A stretch of 64,000 nt of DNA from Candidatus Micrarchaeota archaeon (GTDB taxonomy: Archaea; Micrarchaeota; Micrarchaeia; Anstonellales; JAHKLY01): positions 1-64,000 of the forward strand of contig JAHKLY010000001.1 of the NCBI GenBank assembly GCA_020854825.1, read 5' to 3'. Both the position numbers and the translations under genes were made by a program. Positions 48,613 to 58,903 of the stretch are shown in pieces. How positions within the stretch are numbered: position 1 is the stretch's first letter; every line of letters begins with the position of its first letter. The notes under the pieces were generated by a model that saw only the letters and a list, made by a program, of their open reading frames with translations, searched no databases and had not been told where the DNA came from.

Positions 48613-50614
48613 TTCCCCCTACTCTTTTTGCTTCTTGTAATTTTTTAATATCCTCATCTAAAAGTTTTAATTCTTCTGAGAGTATCCTTCTTTCATCTGA
48701 AGATGCAAAGGTAAACTCTTTTAATAACTCTTCTTTTCTTTTTGTTAAATTTTCTAATTCAGTTTTTTGAATTGCACTTTTTTGATCTTCTTTTTGAACA
48801 GGAAGAATCCTTGTTGTTTCAAAGATTTGCCTATTGTCCTCATTTTTTATTTGCCAAGGATTAACTGGTTCGGATTCTAACTCTCTTTTTGTTTCTTCTG
48901 TTTTTGATTCAGAAACTACTATCTTTTTTGGTGTTTCTTTTTGAGATGTATATATTTCCTCTTTCTTTGATTCTTTTAATACAATTGAAGGTACTATAGG
49001 ACCTAAAATAATTTTTAGATTTTTTCTTTTTGTTTCTTCAACAACTAAAACTTCTGGTTCTTTTCCGGTTAATTTTGAATATTTTTCTCTTTCAAATTCA
49101 AGATCTGCATTTCTACTTTCTAAATCCAATAATATTTTTTCTGCTTCTTTTTCATGTACTTTTGCAAGTTCTATTTTTCCTTGTTTTTTATATTCTGCAC
49201 TAATTGCTAATTCATCTAAATATTCCATAGTAAGTATGCTCACATCTCTTTGAGCTAAAGATATCAAAACAAATAAATTTGCCTCTTCCTTTGTTATTTC
49301 TCCTGCTTTAATAGCTTCTGCAAATGGTTCAGTATTAGGATCAAAAAATGCATATTTTTCAATTCTATTTCCCTTTCTAATTTCTCTTATTTTATATGGG
49401 ACTTCTATTCCGGGGAACATTTCAACTGTTCCTTCATATTCTACTCTTTGATTAAATGAAGGAAATTCACGTGAATCTGATTTAGATAAATCTTTAGAAA
49501 TAGAAGCTGTCCAAACATTCTTTTCTATCTTTCTTTCTAACTCTTCAATTTCCTGCGCAATTTGATCTTCTTCTGGAATAATTGGAGATTTTTCAACTCG
49601 TTGTTGTTCTTCTCTTATAAATTGTTTTTCAGTTTCTTTAATTTCTTTACCAGATTTAAGTTTTAATTCTTCTTTTTCTGCTGTTACCTCACGTTCCTTA
49701 GGAGGTATTGGAGTTGAGTCTAAAATAGGGATTTCAATAATCTTTTCAGCAGTAACATCTACATTATATTTATCTCTAAATTCTAAAATCTTATTAATTT
49801 CTTTTTCTTTATTATTTAGCCATTCTACATAATTTTCATATATATGATATTTTTCTTTTAAATTTTCAATATCCTTTTTAAATTCTTCTAATTTATCACT
49901 AAAAAGAGAACGAACATCCCTGCCTATTGCATCTGTAATTTCTTCTGGAACTGGTAATTTAATTTGACCAAAACCCTCTTCAGAAATAATTGGAGACTTT
50001 TGAATTCTTTCTTTCTCTTCTATTATAAATTCAGATTTTGGAGGTTCTCTAATTGAACGACTTCTCAAAGTAGGAACCATTTGGCTATATTTTTTATCAA
50101 GTATCTCTCTTTCTCTTGGAGTTATATCTAAAGACCTTTCTTCTGCTCTTAATTCTATTTTTCCAATTGGCAATAAATATTCAGCTACATCTTGCCTCTC
50201 TTGCATCCAATTTATACAGTATTTTTTGATGCTATTATTTTCAATTTGATTAACAAATTGTTCTGCTAATGTTCCTTTTTTAGAAGAATCTAAATTATGT
50301 AAATAGCTTCTAATTAAGTTATCTCTTTCTTTAGAATAACCATAATGATAATATGTCAAAGCGATTACTTCTCTCAATTCGGGATTCCCTGCCCTAAATA
50401 TTTCTTTATATTTTTCATTTTTTTCTAAGTTATATGCTCTAAAAACAGCTTCATCAATTTTTGTCAATTGAATACCATACGGAACACCAGAAAAATATGC
50501 TAATTTTGTTCTTAAATCAATTTGTTCTTCTGGAGCATTTCTCCTTTCATACGCATAATAATTCCCTTTAATCGTGTCCATATGTGAAATTGATATATAA
50601 TCTGCCATATTCAA
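48590..50614 (-). CDS. Large Glu/Lys-rich orphan protein (674 aa)
   Basis: Long open frame; internal repeat EEKERIQKSPIISEE / EEQQRVEKSPIIPEE. Confidence 0.8.
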   Translation of the reverse strand: MNMADYISISHMDTIKGNYYAYERRNAPEEQIDLRTKLAYFSGVPYGIQLTKIDEAVFRAYNLEKNEKYKEIFRAGNPELREVIALTYYHYGYSKERDNLIRSYLHNLDSSKKGTLAEQFVNQIENNSIKKYCINWMQERQDVAEYLLPIGKIELRAEERSLDITPREREILDKKYSQMVPTLRSRSIREPPKSEFIIEEKERIQKSPIISEEGFGQIKLPVPEEITDAIGRDVRSLFSDKLEEFKKDIENLKEKYHIYENYVEWLNNKEKEINKILEFRDKYNVDVTAEKIIEIPILDSTPIPPKEREVTAEKEELKLKSGKEIKETEKQFIREEQQRVEKSPIIPEEDQIAQEIEELERKIEKNVWTASISKDLSKSDSREFPSFNQRVEYEGTVEMFPGIEVPYKIREIRKGNRIEKYAFFDPNTEPFAEAIKAGEITKEEANLFVLISLAQRDVSILTMEYLDELAISAEYKKQGKIELAKVHEKEAEKILLDLESRNADLEFEREKYSKLTGKEPEVLVVEETKRKNLKIILGPIVPSIVLKESKKEEIYTSQKETPKKIVVSESKTEETKRELESEPVNPWQIKNEDNRQIFETTRILPVQKEDQKSAIQKTELENLTKRKEELLKEFTFASSDERRILSEELKLLDEDIKKLQEAKRVGGNESGVQF

Positions 50615-50698
50615 CCCTCTTTTATATATATTTGGTATCTTTTTCTGTTTTTATATCTTTCGCAAGCTTTATTATTGTTTTTACAGGATTAAATATAT

Positions 50699-51709
50699 AT
50701 GAATATACTTATTACTGGTGCTACTGGACACTTAGGAGCTTATTTATTAGAAGAACTTGCAGATACAAATTATAATTTAAGAATACTTCTAAAAAATCCT
50801 GATGAAACCTCTAAATTAGAAAATTATCCCCATATTGAATTATTTTATGGAGATTTAACAGATCCAGAAACATTAGAAGGAGTAACAAAGGAAATACAGG
50901 TAGTTATACATCTAGCAGCAGTTATTGATTATATTGCTCCTGAAAGTACATTATATTCAGTTAATTATGAAGGTACAAAAAATCTAATACGAGAATGTGC
51001 TAAAACAGGAATTAAAAAATTTATATTTATTAGTTCCACCGCAGTTTATGGAAAAAATTTACCTAACTATCCAATAAAAGAAGATTATAGATTAAAACCA
51101 AATAATGCTTATGGAAAATCTAAAATGCTGGCTGAACAAGAGTTATTAAAATTCAAAGATGAGATGGATATTATAATACTTAGATTGTCTATGTTATATG
51201 GTAGAGGATTTAATAAAGGATACTTTTATATTTTAAGATCTATTGAAAATAAAAATATGAAAATTATAGGTGATGGAAAAAATCATATCCCTCTCCTACA
51301 TGCTAAAGATGCCATACAAGCAATAATATTAAGTTTAGAAAATAAAACAAAAAGTGGTTCAATATATAACGTTACAAATAAAAATACAATAACACAAAAC
51401 GAATTATTGCAAATAAGTGCAAAAGAGTTAAACATAGAGCCACCAAAAAATAAAACTCCTATTTTTATACCAAAAATATTAGCAGGTTTGGAAATATTAA
51501 CAAGCTATTTAACAATGAGTGAACCAAAATTATTAAATGAATATATTGATAAAATATCTTCTGACAGACAATTTAGTATATATACGATTGAAATTGAATT
51601 GGGATTTATTCCAAAAATGGACATAAAAAAAGGTATAAAAGAGATGGTTGAATATTATATACAAGAAGAATATAATAAAACGGAGGGAACAAAAAATGAA
51701 GAAAATTGA
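50699..51709 (+). CDS. NAD-dependent epimerase/dehydratase (extended SDR)
   Basis: ITGATGHLG, VIHLAA, SSTAVYG, YGKSK. Confidence 0.93.
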   Translation: MNILITGATGHLGAYLLEELADTNYNLRILLKNPDETSKLENYPHIELFYGDLTDPETLEGVTKEIQVVIHLAAVIDYIAPESTLYSVNYEGTKNLIRECAKTGIKKFIFISSTAVYGKNLPNYPIKEDYRLKPNNAYGKSKMLAEQELLKFKDEMDIIILRLSMLYGRGFNKGYFYILRSIENKNMKIIGDGKNHIPLLHAKDAIQAIILSLENKTKSGSIYNVTNKNTITQNELLQISAKELNIEPPKNKTPIFIPKILAGLEILTSYLTMSEPKLLNEYIDKISSDRQFSIYTIEIELGFIPKMDIKKGIKEMVEYYIQEEYNKTEGTKNEEN

Positions 51710-52463
51710 AAAATATATTAAAGAGGAATTAAGTAAAAAAGGAGCCTTATTTTTCGGAGTTATTGACCCTGTTGACTATAAAGACCTAAATTCCTGTATA
51801 ATTACTGCAAAAAAAACTGCAGATGCAGGTGCAGATATTTTATTATTAGGAGGAAGTATAGGTGTACAAGGAGAAATTTTAGATAATGTAACCAAAGGAA
51901 TAAAAGAAAAAACAAACACACCAGTAGTATTATTCCCTGGAAATATAGGAACAGTTACTCCTTATGCAGATGCTATGTACTTTATGTCTTTATTAAATAG
52001 TAGAAATGCTTATTGGATATCACAAGCACAAACTTTAGCAGCACCTATGATTAAACAATATAAAATCGAAACAATACCTGTGGGATACTTAATAGTAGAA
52101 CCAGGCGGAACTGCAGGTTGGGTAGGTGATGTAAATTTAATACCTAGGGCAAGACCAAAAATAGCTGCGGGTTTAGCTATGGCTGCTGAATTATCTGGGT
52201 CTGCAATGGTAATAACAGATACGGGGAGCAATCCTGAAACTGGCCACGTCCCATTAGATATGATACAAATTGTATCTCAAAGTATTGATGTACCTTATAT
52301 AGTAGCAGGAGGAATAAAAACTCCAGAACATGCAAAAAATGTTATAAAAGCAGGAGCAGACATAATACAAGTTGGAACTGGATTAGAAGATTCAAAAAAT
52401 ATTGAAGAATATGTAAAAAAAATGATTAAATCCGTAAGAGAAGAAGGTAAAAAAAGAGTGTGA
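51648..52463 (+). CDS. Geranylgeranylglyceryl phosphate synthase
   Basis: VIDP, LLGGS, VLFPG, FMSLLNSRN.YWI, GYLIVEPG, AGGIK; likely start ATG 51696. Confidence 0.93.
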   Translation: MNIIYKKNIIKRREQKMKKIEKYIKEELSKKGALFFGVIDPVDYKDLNSCIITAKKTADAGADILLLGGSIGVQGEILDNVTKGIKEKTNTPVVLFPGNIGTVTPYADAMYFMSLLNSRNAYWISQAQTLAAPMIKQYKIETIPVGYLIVEPGGTAGWVGDVNLIPRARPKIAAGLAMAAELSGSAMVITDTGSNPETGHVPLDMIQIVSQSIDVPYIVAGGIKTPEHAKNVIKAGADIIQVGTGLEDSKNIEEYVKKMIKSVREEGKKRV

Positions 52464-52467
52464 TTTA

Positions 52468-53685
52468 GTGAAAAAAATATATTTTGATCATGCAGCTACT
52501 ACTCATTTAGATTCAAAAGTATTAGAAAAAATGCTGCCTTATTTAAAAACCAAATACGGAAATGCATCTTCTCTACATAATTATGGACAAGAATCTAAAG
52601 ATGCAATAGAAAAAGCAAGAAAAGAATTAGCAAATATATTAAAGTGTTCATCAGAAGAAATAATTTTTACTTCATGTGGTTCAGAATCTGATTCATTAGC
52701 CATAATTGGTTATGCATTAGCTAATAAATCAAAAGGAAACCACATTATTACATCTAAATTTGAACATCCTGCTGTGTTAGAGGCATGTAAATTCTTAGAA
52801 ACACAGGGTTTTGAAATATCATATATTTCAATAACAAAACAAGGATTAGTTGATATTGAAAAATTAAAAAAATCAATTACAAAAAAAACTATTTTAGTTT
52901 CTATAATGCACGCAAATAATGAAATAGGAACTATTCAACCAATTGAAGAAATTTATAAAATTTGTAAAGATAAAAGCAATGAATATAAAACAAAAATCGT
53001 ATTTCATACAGATGCTGTTCAAACATTTGGAAAAATTGAAATAAATTCTTCTATGGCAGATATGATCTCTATTTCAGCACATAAATTTTACGGCCCAAAA
53101 GGAATTGGTTTGCTATACAAAAAATCAGGAATAAATATTAAACCAATAATACACGGCCATCAAGAAAAGAATTTACGAGGAGGAACATATAATACAGCTT
53201 CAATAGTCGGAATGGCTGAAGCTGCCAAAATAGCTCAAAAAGAAAAAGATGTAATAAATAAAAAATTAAAAAATTTAACTGAAAAATTAACAAATGAAGT
53301 TCTTAAAATAGAAAACACTTGGATAAATGGGATAGGAAAAGGCGCAGGAGAAAATAAACTTCCAGGTTTAGTTAATTTTGGTTTTCTATTAATCGAAGGA
53401 GAATCAATTCTTATGCATTTAGATAACAAAGGGATTATGTGCTCAACAGGATCTGCATGTTCATCAGATTCATTACAAGCATCACATGTTTTACTCGCAC
53501 TTGGATTAAAACCTGAAGAAGCGCATGGTTCATTGCGCATAAGTTTAGGAAAAGAAAATACTGAAGAAGATATTGACTATTTCTTATCAGTACTGCCAGA
53601 AATAGTGGAAAAATTAAGAAATATGTCGCCTTTTAAAAACAAGGCGCAATTAAAAAGTTTCAAAGGCAATTCAACATGTCGTTAA
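52468..53685 (+). CDS. iscS: Cysteine desulfurase NifS/IscS
   Basis: YFDHAATT, GNASSLH, ANNEIG, HTDAVQ, SAHKFYGPKG, STGSACSS. Confidence 0.96.
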   Translation: MKKIYFDHAATTHLDSKVLEKMLPYLKTKYGNASSLHNYGQESKDAIEKARKELANILKCSSEEIIFTSCGSESDSLAIIGYALANKSKGNHIITSKFEHPAVLEACKFLETQGFEISYISITKQGLVDIEKLKKSITKKTILVSIMHANNEIGTIQPIEEIYKICKDKSNEYKTKIVFHTDAVQTFGKIEINSSMADMISISAHKFYGPKGIGLLYKKSGINIKPIIHGHQEKNLRGGTYNTASIVGMAEAAKIAQKEKDVINKKLKNLTEKLTNEVLKIENTWINGIGKGAGENKLPGLVNFGFLLIEGESILMHLDNKGIMCSTGSACSSDSLQASHVLLALGLKPEEAHGSLRISLGKENTEEDIDYFLSVLPEIVEKLRNMSPFKNKAQLKSFKGNSTCR

Positions 53686-53713
53686 AACTTAACAATACAA
53701 ACATTAATAAATA

Positions 53714-54544
53714 ATGAGATACACAAGAAATAAAGGTAAAATTATAAAAAAATCAATCATTATGTTGTCAGTTTTGTTAGCGATACTACTATTTCTGTTA
53801 GATTGTACAGAAACAATACACCCCGTACATATAACTAATGACAATCAAACAGATGAACAAACACAACTTAATAATCAGACAAACTCAGTTATTTCCCAAT
53901 CAACAAAAAACTCATTGGAAAAAATTGAAGCTTTTTTAAAACTTGATGAAGGATTGGAATATAAGGCCCAGTATTCCATTTATACAAATAAAACTACTCT
54001 GCTCACAAATAGTACGTTTTATCAAAAAGGAAATAAATATTACTTAAACATTAACCCAATATTTAAATCAGAAGAAGGAATTAATGAAAATTATTCTGGT
54101 GGACATTTATTCCAGTTAATTAATGAAACATATATTTGTGAAGAAAAAGTAAATACTAATCTAACCTGTTATGTCCCTCCCCAACCTATTTTTTATCAAA
54201 CAATATTATTAGTGGGAGATCCAGCATTACTATTGGAAGATGAGATAAACAAAAAAGGGATTGAACGTGTTTTTTCTAAAGATGATAATTATTCCTTTTA
54301 TCAGGAAACTCATGCTGGCATAATGAGTAATTGCTTTCATGCAGATGTAGACCCGGGACAATATGGCTCTAGTAATATGTTTAAATTTTGTTTTGCACCT
54401 AATGGAGTAGTAACCTATTTCGCTCGCAAAAGTATTAATGAAGTACTTTTATCACAGGAATTAATATCTGTTTCTTATAGTGTTTCTGATAATATATTTA
54501 ATTTACCTGTTGAACCTACGGAATATACCCAACCAAATTCCTAA
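53714..54544 (+). CDS. Secreted/lipoprotein hypothetical inserted between iscS and iscU
   Basis: Signal-like N-terminus with LDC; paired Cys. Confidence 0.7.
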   Translation: MRYTRNKGKIIKKSIIMLSVLLAILLFLLDCTETIHPVHITNDNQTDEQTQLNNQTNSVISQSTKNSLEKIEAFLKLDEGLEYKAQYSIYTNKTTLLTNSTFYQKGNKYYLNINPIFKSEEGINENYSGGHLFQLINETYICEEKVNTNLTCYVPPQPIFYQTILLVGDPALLLEDEINKKGIERVFSKDDNYSFYQETHAGIMSNCFHADVDPGQYGSSNMFKFCFAPNGVVTYFARKSINEVLLSQELISVSYSVSDNIFNLPVEPTEYTQPNS

Positions 54545-54670
54545 TTTCTTTCTCTTTTCTCAGGTATTTATCCTTAAATTATTTTTAGGAACTATGTTAT
54601 ATCTGAACACTAATATTTTTATAGATATATAACAAAATAATATATCTTTTAAATATTTTAGGAGATTAGA

Positions 54671-55057
54671 ATGGAAAAATACAATAAAAAAGTAATGGAT
54701 CATTTTTTGAATCCGCGCAATATGGGTAAAATGCAAAACCCAACAGTTACTGGTGAAGCAGGAAACGCAGTATGCGGAGACGTTTTATTTTTATATCTAA
54801 AAATAGAAAAGAATGAGGAAGGAAAAGACATAATCAAAGATGTTAAATTTGAAACATTTGGATGTGCAGCAGCAATAGCAACTTCTTCAGCGCTTACTGA
54901 AATAATCAAAGGAAAAACAATTGATGAAGCGCAAAGGGTTTCAAACAAAGATGTTGAAGAATATTTAGGTCAATTACCTTTAATTAAAAAACACTGCTCA
55001 AACTTAGCAGAAGATGCATTAAAAGATGCTTTGAAAAAATTAAAAGACAAAAAATAA
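54671..55057 (+). CDS. iscU: Fe-S cluster scaffold NifU/IscU
   Basis: DHFLNPRNMG, GNAVCGD, FETFGCAAAIA, KKHCS. Confidence 0.96.
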   Translation: MEKYNKKVMDHFLNPRNMGKMQNPTVTGEAGNAVCGDVLFLYLKIEKNEEGKDIIKDVKFETFGCAAAIATSSALTEIIKGKTIDEAQRVSNKDVEEYLGQLPLIKKHCSNLAEDALKDALKKLKDKK

Positions 55058-55059
55058 AA

Positions 55060-55572
55060 TTAAATCTTTTCATAAAATTCTTCTAAAGGTTTTCTCTTTC
55101 TTTCACCTTGTTTAATATCTGGATAACCTATTGGAATTACGAAGGGAATTAAATATTTGTCTGGAATATCTAAAACTTGTTTTATCTTATTTTCATCTAT
55201 CACACCAACATAACATGTTCCTAAACCTAATTCAGTTGCTTTTAATACTAAAAATGTAGATGAAATCGTGCAATCAATAATAGCAAATTTTTTTCCCCTT
55301 TCTTCTGGGTCTGGATATGGTGTTGGATCAACAGCACAAATAAGAATAGAAGGTGCAGTATAAACAAAATCCTGTTTAAATGCTTGTTCTTTTTTTAACT
55401 TATCTTTTAAATCGTTTGAATTAATAATGTAAATTTTTTGTGATTGAGTATTTCTTGCTGTTGGTGCTAATCTAGCAACATTTATTAATTTTTTAATTAA
55501 ATCATCGGGTATTTCATCTGATTTGAATTTTCTTACACTATATCTCGCATCTATAACTTTATCTAAATTCAT
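55060..55572 (-). CDS. Nitroreductase family protein
   Basis: RYSVRKF, APTARN.Q, ATELGLGTC, IPIGYP. Confidence 0.93.
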   Translation of the reverse strand: MNLDKVIDARYSVRKFKSDEIPDDLIKKLINVARLAPTARNTQSQKIYIINSNDLKDKLKKEQAFKQDFVYTAPSILICAVDPTPYPDPEERGKKFAIIDCTISSTFLVLKATELGLGTCYVGVIDENKIKQVLDIPDKYLIPFVIPIGYPDIKQGERKRKPLEEFYEKI

Positions 55573-55659
55573 AATATCAACTCCTACATATAGTTATAAA
55601 ACTTAATATTTATATATCAGATTAACAAATTTTAAAATGTTTATTAGATAGGTGATTAA

Positions 55660-55842
55660 ATGGTAAGTGTAGATAAAGAAAAATGTATAGGATGCGGCGC
55701 ATGTGTAGCAGTATGTTCAGAAGTATTTGAATTAACATCAGAAGGAAAAGCAAAAGTAAAAGATAGTTATGCTGGTGGAAATGAAGAATGTATTGATCAA
55801 GCGGTTAGTATCTGTCCGGTTCAAGCAATTAAAAAGTTTTAA
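55660..55842 (+). CDS. Ferredoxin (single [4Fe-4S]/[3Fe-4S])
   Basis: CIGCGACVAVC...CPVQAI. Confidence 0.95.
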   Translation: MVSVDKEKCIGCGACVAVCSEVFELTSEGKAKVKDSYAGGNEECIDQAVSICPVQAIKKF

Positions 55843-55843
55843 T

Positions 55844-57199
55844 TTATCCGAGAATCTCATCAGCTATTTGATCTGGTTTGAAAGGAATAAGATCTTCGTA
55901 TTCTTGTCCTACACCAACATAAACAACTGGTATATTTGTTGCGCGAGGTATGGAAATTGCATTTCCTCCTTTTGCATCACAATCTAATTTTGTTAAAATA
56001 ACACCCTGTATTTTTACAGCTTGGTTGAATTCTTTTATTTGATCTATAACAGAATGCCCTGCTATACTCTCACCAATATAAATAGTTAAATCAGGTTCAA
56101 TAATTCGTCCTAATTTCCTTAATTGATCTACTAAATTTTTGTTTGTTTCTTGTCTGCCTGCAGAATCAATTAAAACCGCATCTAAATTATTGGACTTTGC
56201 ATGATTAACAGCATCATATGCAATAGAAGTTGGGTCTGCACCATATTTGCCTTTTATTACTTTTTTATTTAATCTTTCACCATGAATGCCTATCTGCTCA
56301 ATGGCTGCTGCTCTAAAAGTATCTGATGCTGATAAAACAGAACTTAAATTATTATTTTCAAGAAGTTTTGATACTTTTGCAATTGTTGTTGTTTTTCCTG
56401 CACCATTGGGCCCTATAAATAAAATCTTGTACGGTTTTTTACCGTATTTTACTTTTTCTACTAAATCAAATCTATCTTCATGATCCATTATGTTAATTAA
56501 AGCTTGTTTTATTGATTCTCTAATTTGTTCTTCTAAGTCAGATTTATCTAATTCCTTATCCACTAAAGAAGTTCTTATCTCTTCTTTCAACGCACTTGCT
56601 ACATCTAAATTAACATCACTTTCTAATAATGAAAGTTCTAATTCCTCTAATAAAGAATTGATATCTTTTTCTTTTATTTTAATTTTTCTTGAAATTAATC
56701 CTCTTAATCTACTTTCTAAACTTAGTTTAATCTTTTTATCTTGTTTAGGTTTAATTTCTTCTATTGGTTTTTCAATCTTTGGTTCTTGTTTAGGTTTTTC
56801 AATTTCTATTTCTTCGTGTTTTTCAATTACTTGTTTAATTTCTACTGGTTTTTCTTCTTCGTTTTCTTCAATTTTTTCTTTTTCTTTTGGTTCATCTTTT
56901 AATTCTTTATTTTCAATTTTTTCCTTTTCTTCTGTTGCTTCTTTCTCCTCAGTTTTTTTCTTTACTTCTTTCTTTTCTTTTGGTTTTTCATCTTCTTGTG
57001 TTTTAGTTGTTTCTTGTTTTTTTGGTTCTTGCTGTTTTTCTGGTGCATTGTCTAGTGTTTCCTCCTCTTTTGAGTCTTCATTTATCTCTTCAATCTCTTC
57101 TTTAATCTCTTCCTTCTGTTTTTCTTCTTCTTTTTTTGTTAATTTATTAACAAACCCACTTAATTTATCTTTAAGAAGACCAAACATTAATACCACCAA
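55844..57199 (-). CDS. ftsY: SRP receptor FtsY
   Basis: Acidic N-domain, GPNGAGKTTT, DTFRAAA, DSAGR, TKLD.DAKGG. Confidence 0.97.
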   Translation of the reverse strand: MVVLMFGLLKDKLSGFVNKLTKKEEEKQKEEIKEEIEEINEDSKEEETLDNAPEKQQEPKKQETTKTQEDEKPKEKKEVKKKTEEKEATEEKEKIENKELKDEPKEKEKIEENEEEKPVEIKQVIEKHEEIEIEKPKQEPKIEKPIEEIKPKQDKKIKLSLESRLRGLISRKIKIKEKDINSLLEELELSLLESDVNLDVASALKEEIRTSLVDKELDKSDLEEQIRESIKQALINIMDHEDRFDLVEKVKYGKKPYKILFIGPNGAGKTTTIAKVSKLLENNNLSSVLSASDTFRAAAIEQIGIHGERLNKKVIKGKYGADPTSIAYDAVNHAKSNNLDAVLIDSAGRQETNKNLVDQLRKLGRIIEPDLTIYIGESIAGHSVIDQIKEFNQAVKIQGVILTKLDCDAKGGNAISIPRATNIPVVYVGVGQEYEDLIPFKPDQIADEILG

Positions 57200-57598
57200 T
57201 TACTCTTTTTCAGATTCTTGTACATTTTTACTCAAATCTTGTAGTTTTTGTATTAAATTTTGGAATTCTTTACTCATTTTTTCTAATTCTGTTGAATATA
57301 TGTTTATATCTGTGTCTAATTTTTCTAAAACTGCGTTTGCATCCTGTTCTGAGAATAATCCATTAGAAAAAGCTGCTATTACCTTTTTTGAATCTTTAAT
57401 TTCTACTTTTGCGAAAATACCTGCGCCTAATGGCAATAACGCAGTTTTTGAGTTTTCTAAATTAACAACTGCTTCTTTAGACATCATTAATTCCTGTAAT
57501 GCTTGTTCTATTTGTTGAATTGTATTCTGCATTTGTCTTGCCTGATACTCATACATTTGCATTTCATATGCAATTTTATGTTTTCCTTCTTCATTCAT
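57200..57598 (-). CDS. pfdA: Prefoldin subunit alpha
   Basis: Coiled coils flanking LLPLGAGIFAK beta hairpins; conserved operon position. Confidence 0.92.
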   Translation of the reverse strand: MNEEGKHKIAYEMQMYEYQARQMQNTIQQIEQALQELMMSKEAVVNLENSKTALLPLGAGIFAKVEIKDSKKVIAAFSNGLFSEQDANAVLEKLDTDINIYSTELEKMSKEFQNLIQKLQDLSKNVQESEKE

Positions 57599-57600
57599 AA

Positions 57601-57786
57601 TTACACCTTTTCTACTTTATCAATTTTTATTTGGGTTCTTTTTAATTTTTGATGTTTTGAACCAAAAAATTTGTATATTTTTTCTGTTGCATCAAATTCT
57701 CCTTTTGCTTCAATCCCTTTTTTAAAGGTTCTACTTTCTCTACCCAACTTTATTGTACCTATAATATTATATTTCATAAATTTCAC
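57601..57786 (-). CDS. rpl18ae: 50S ribosomal protein L18Ae (LX/eL20)
   Basis: FKKGIEA...EKIY..FGSKH..LKR.QIKI. Confidence 0.9.
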   Translation of the reverse strand: MKFMKYNIIGTIKLGRESRTFKKGIEAKGEFDATEKIYKFFGSKHQKLKRTQIKIDKVEKV

Positions 57787-57787
57787 C

Positions 57788-58453
57788 TCATATCAATTCT
57801 AATCCCTCTTGGATTCTTTGTAATTCAAATCCAGTTGTTAAATCTCCTACAACACAGCCTTTGGAATTTGCAACAAGACATAATCCCACAAAATATGATC
57901 CTGTGTTTGCAGTACTATTTATTCCATTTACTTTAAATATTTCTTCTAACTCTTTTAATTGCGTTTCTCGTATATCATTATATACTACAAATCCTTTATT
58001 TGTTACTGCGCAAAGACTACCTACTACTTCATAACCTTTGATATCTATGGGAACTAGATTAATCCCTAAAAATTCACTGAATCTGTCTGCTTCTTCTTTT
58101 GGAATATTTTTATTAATTATTCCTCCTTTATCATTTATTGATAAATTATTGCCAATCGCATTAAACTTTCCTTCAGATACATATACATTTAAATTCAATT
58201 TTTTTAATTCTTCTAATTCAACATCAGAAATCAAAGAAGGAACAATAATTCCATTTGAATTCAAAACTGCATATATTCCTAAAAGCCCTGTACCTCCAAT
58301 TGATACTTTTTTTGTCTCCACTCCTAAAGTATTTTGTATTTTTTCTACTAGTTCATCTGGCATGTGTTTTGCAACTAAGCAAATACTGTCATTTGCTATT
58401 GCATAAACACCAATGAATGGGTTGCCATATACGCTTGCTTTTGTGTTTCTCAT
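57788..58453 (-). CDS. eif6: Translation initiation factor 6
   Basis: GNPFIGVY, NSNG, GNNL, TANTGS, ANSKG..VG..TTGFEL. Confidence 0.96.
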   Translation of the reverse strand: MRNTKASVYGNPFIGVYAIANDSICLVAKHMPDELVEKIQNTLGVETKKVSIGGTGLLGIYAVLNSNGIIVPSLISDVELEELKKLNLNVYVSEGKFNAIGNNLSINDKGGIINKNIPKEEADRFSEFLGINLVPIDIKGYEVVGSLCAVTNKGFVVYNDIRETQLKELEEIFKVNGINSTANTGSYFVGLCLVANSKGCVVGDLTTGFELQRIQEGLELI

Positions 58454-58459
58454 ATTAAT

Positions 58460-58903
58460 CTACTTCTTTAAATCCTTAATCATCTCTTTTTTTGGGGCTG
58501 CTGCTATTTTTTGTTCTCTTTGTATTTCCTTCTCTAACTCTTTTTTCTTTTCATCTGCTTTTATCTCTTCTTCTGTCCTTTCATCTTCTTTAGGCTTTGG
58601 TTTTTCTTTTGGTTTTTCTATTTTTTTCTCTACTTTTTCATCTATCAATCTTGCAATTAATTTATCTCCTTCTTTAGTTACCTTAATTTTTATTTTTCTT
58701 GGCGGTTTTTTAATTCCTCTTTGCCAGATAGTTGAATTTACAGCCTCACTTAAAAAAACGTGATCTATTGTTACTTTCATGTGTTTTGCTAAAAATTCCC
58801 GTATTACTTTAATCGCTTTTGGAACTCTTCTTGGTCGTGGAACATCAAAAACTTTTCTTAATGGTATTGTATATACTCTTTCTATATCTGTCATTTTTCT
58901 CAC
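58460..58903 (-). CDS. rpl31e: 50S ribosomal protein L31e with charged C-terminal extension
   Basis: [37 protein letters not shown]. Confidence 0.96.
   Translation of the reverse strand: MRKMTDIERVYTIPLRKVFDVPRPRRVPKAIKVIREFLAKHMKVTIDHVFLSEAVNSTIWQRGIKKPPRKIKIKVTKEGDKLIARLIDEKVEKKIEKPKEKPKPKEDERTEEEIKADEKKKELEKEIQREQKIAAAPKKEMIKDLKK

Noticed and set aside
54580-54607. dif-like site (TTATATCTGAA arm)
   Set aside because: Only one arm resembles archaeal dif; no matching inverted arm 6 bp away
56490-57518. 342-aa Ser/Phe-rich plus-strand ORF
   Set aside because: Antisense to the Glu/Lys-rich ftsY and pfdA; its composition is the expected mirror image
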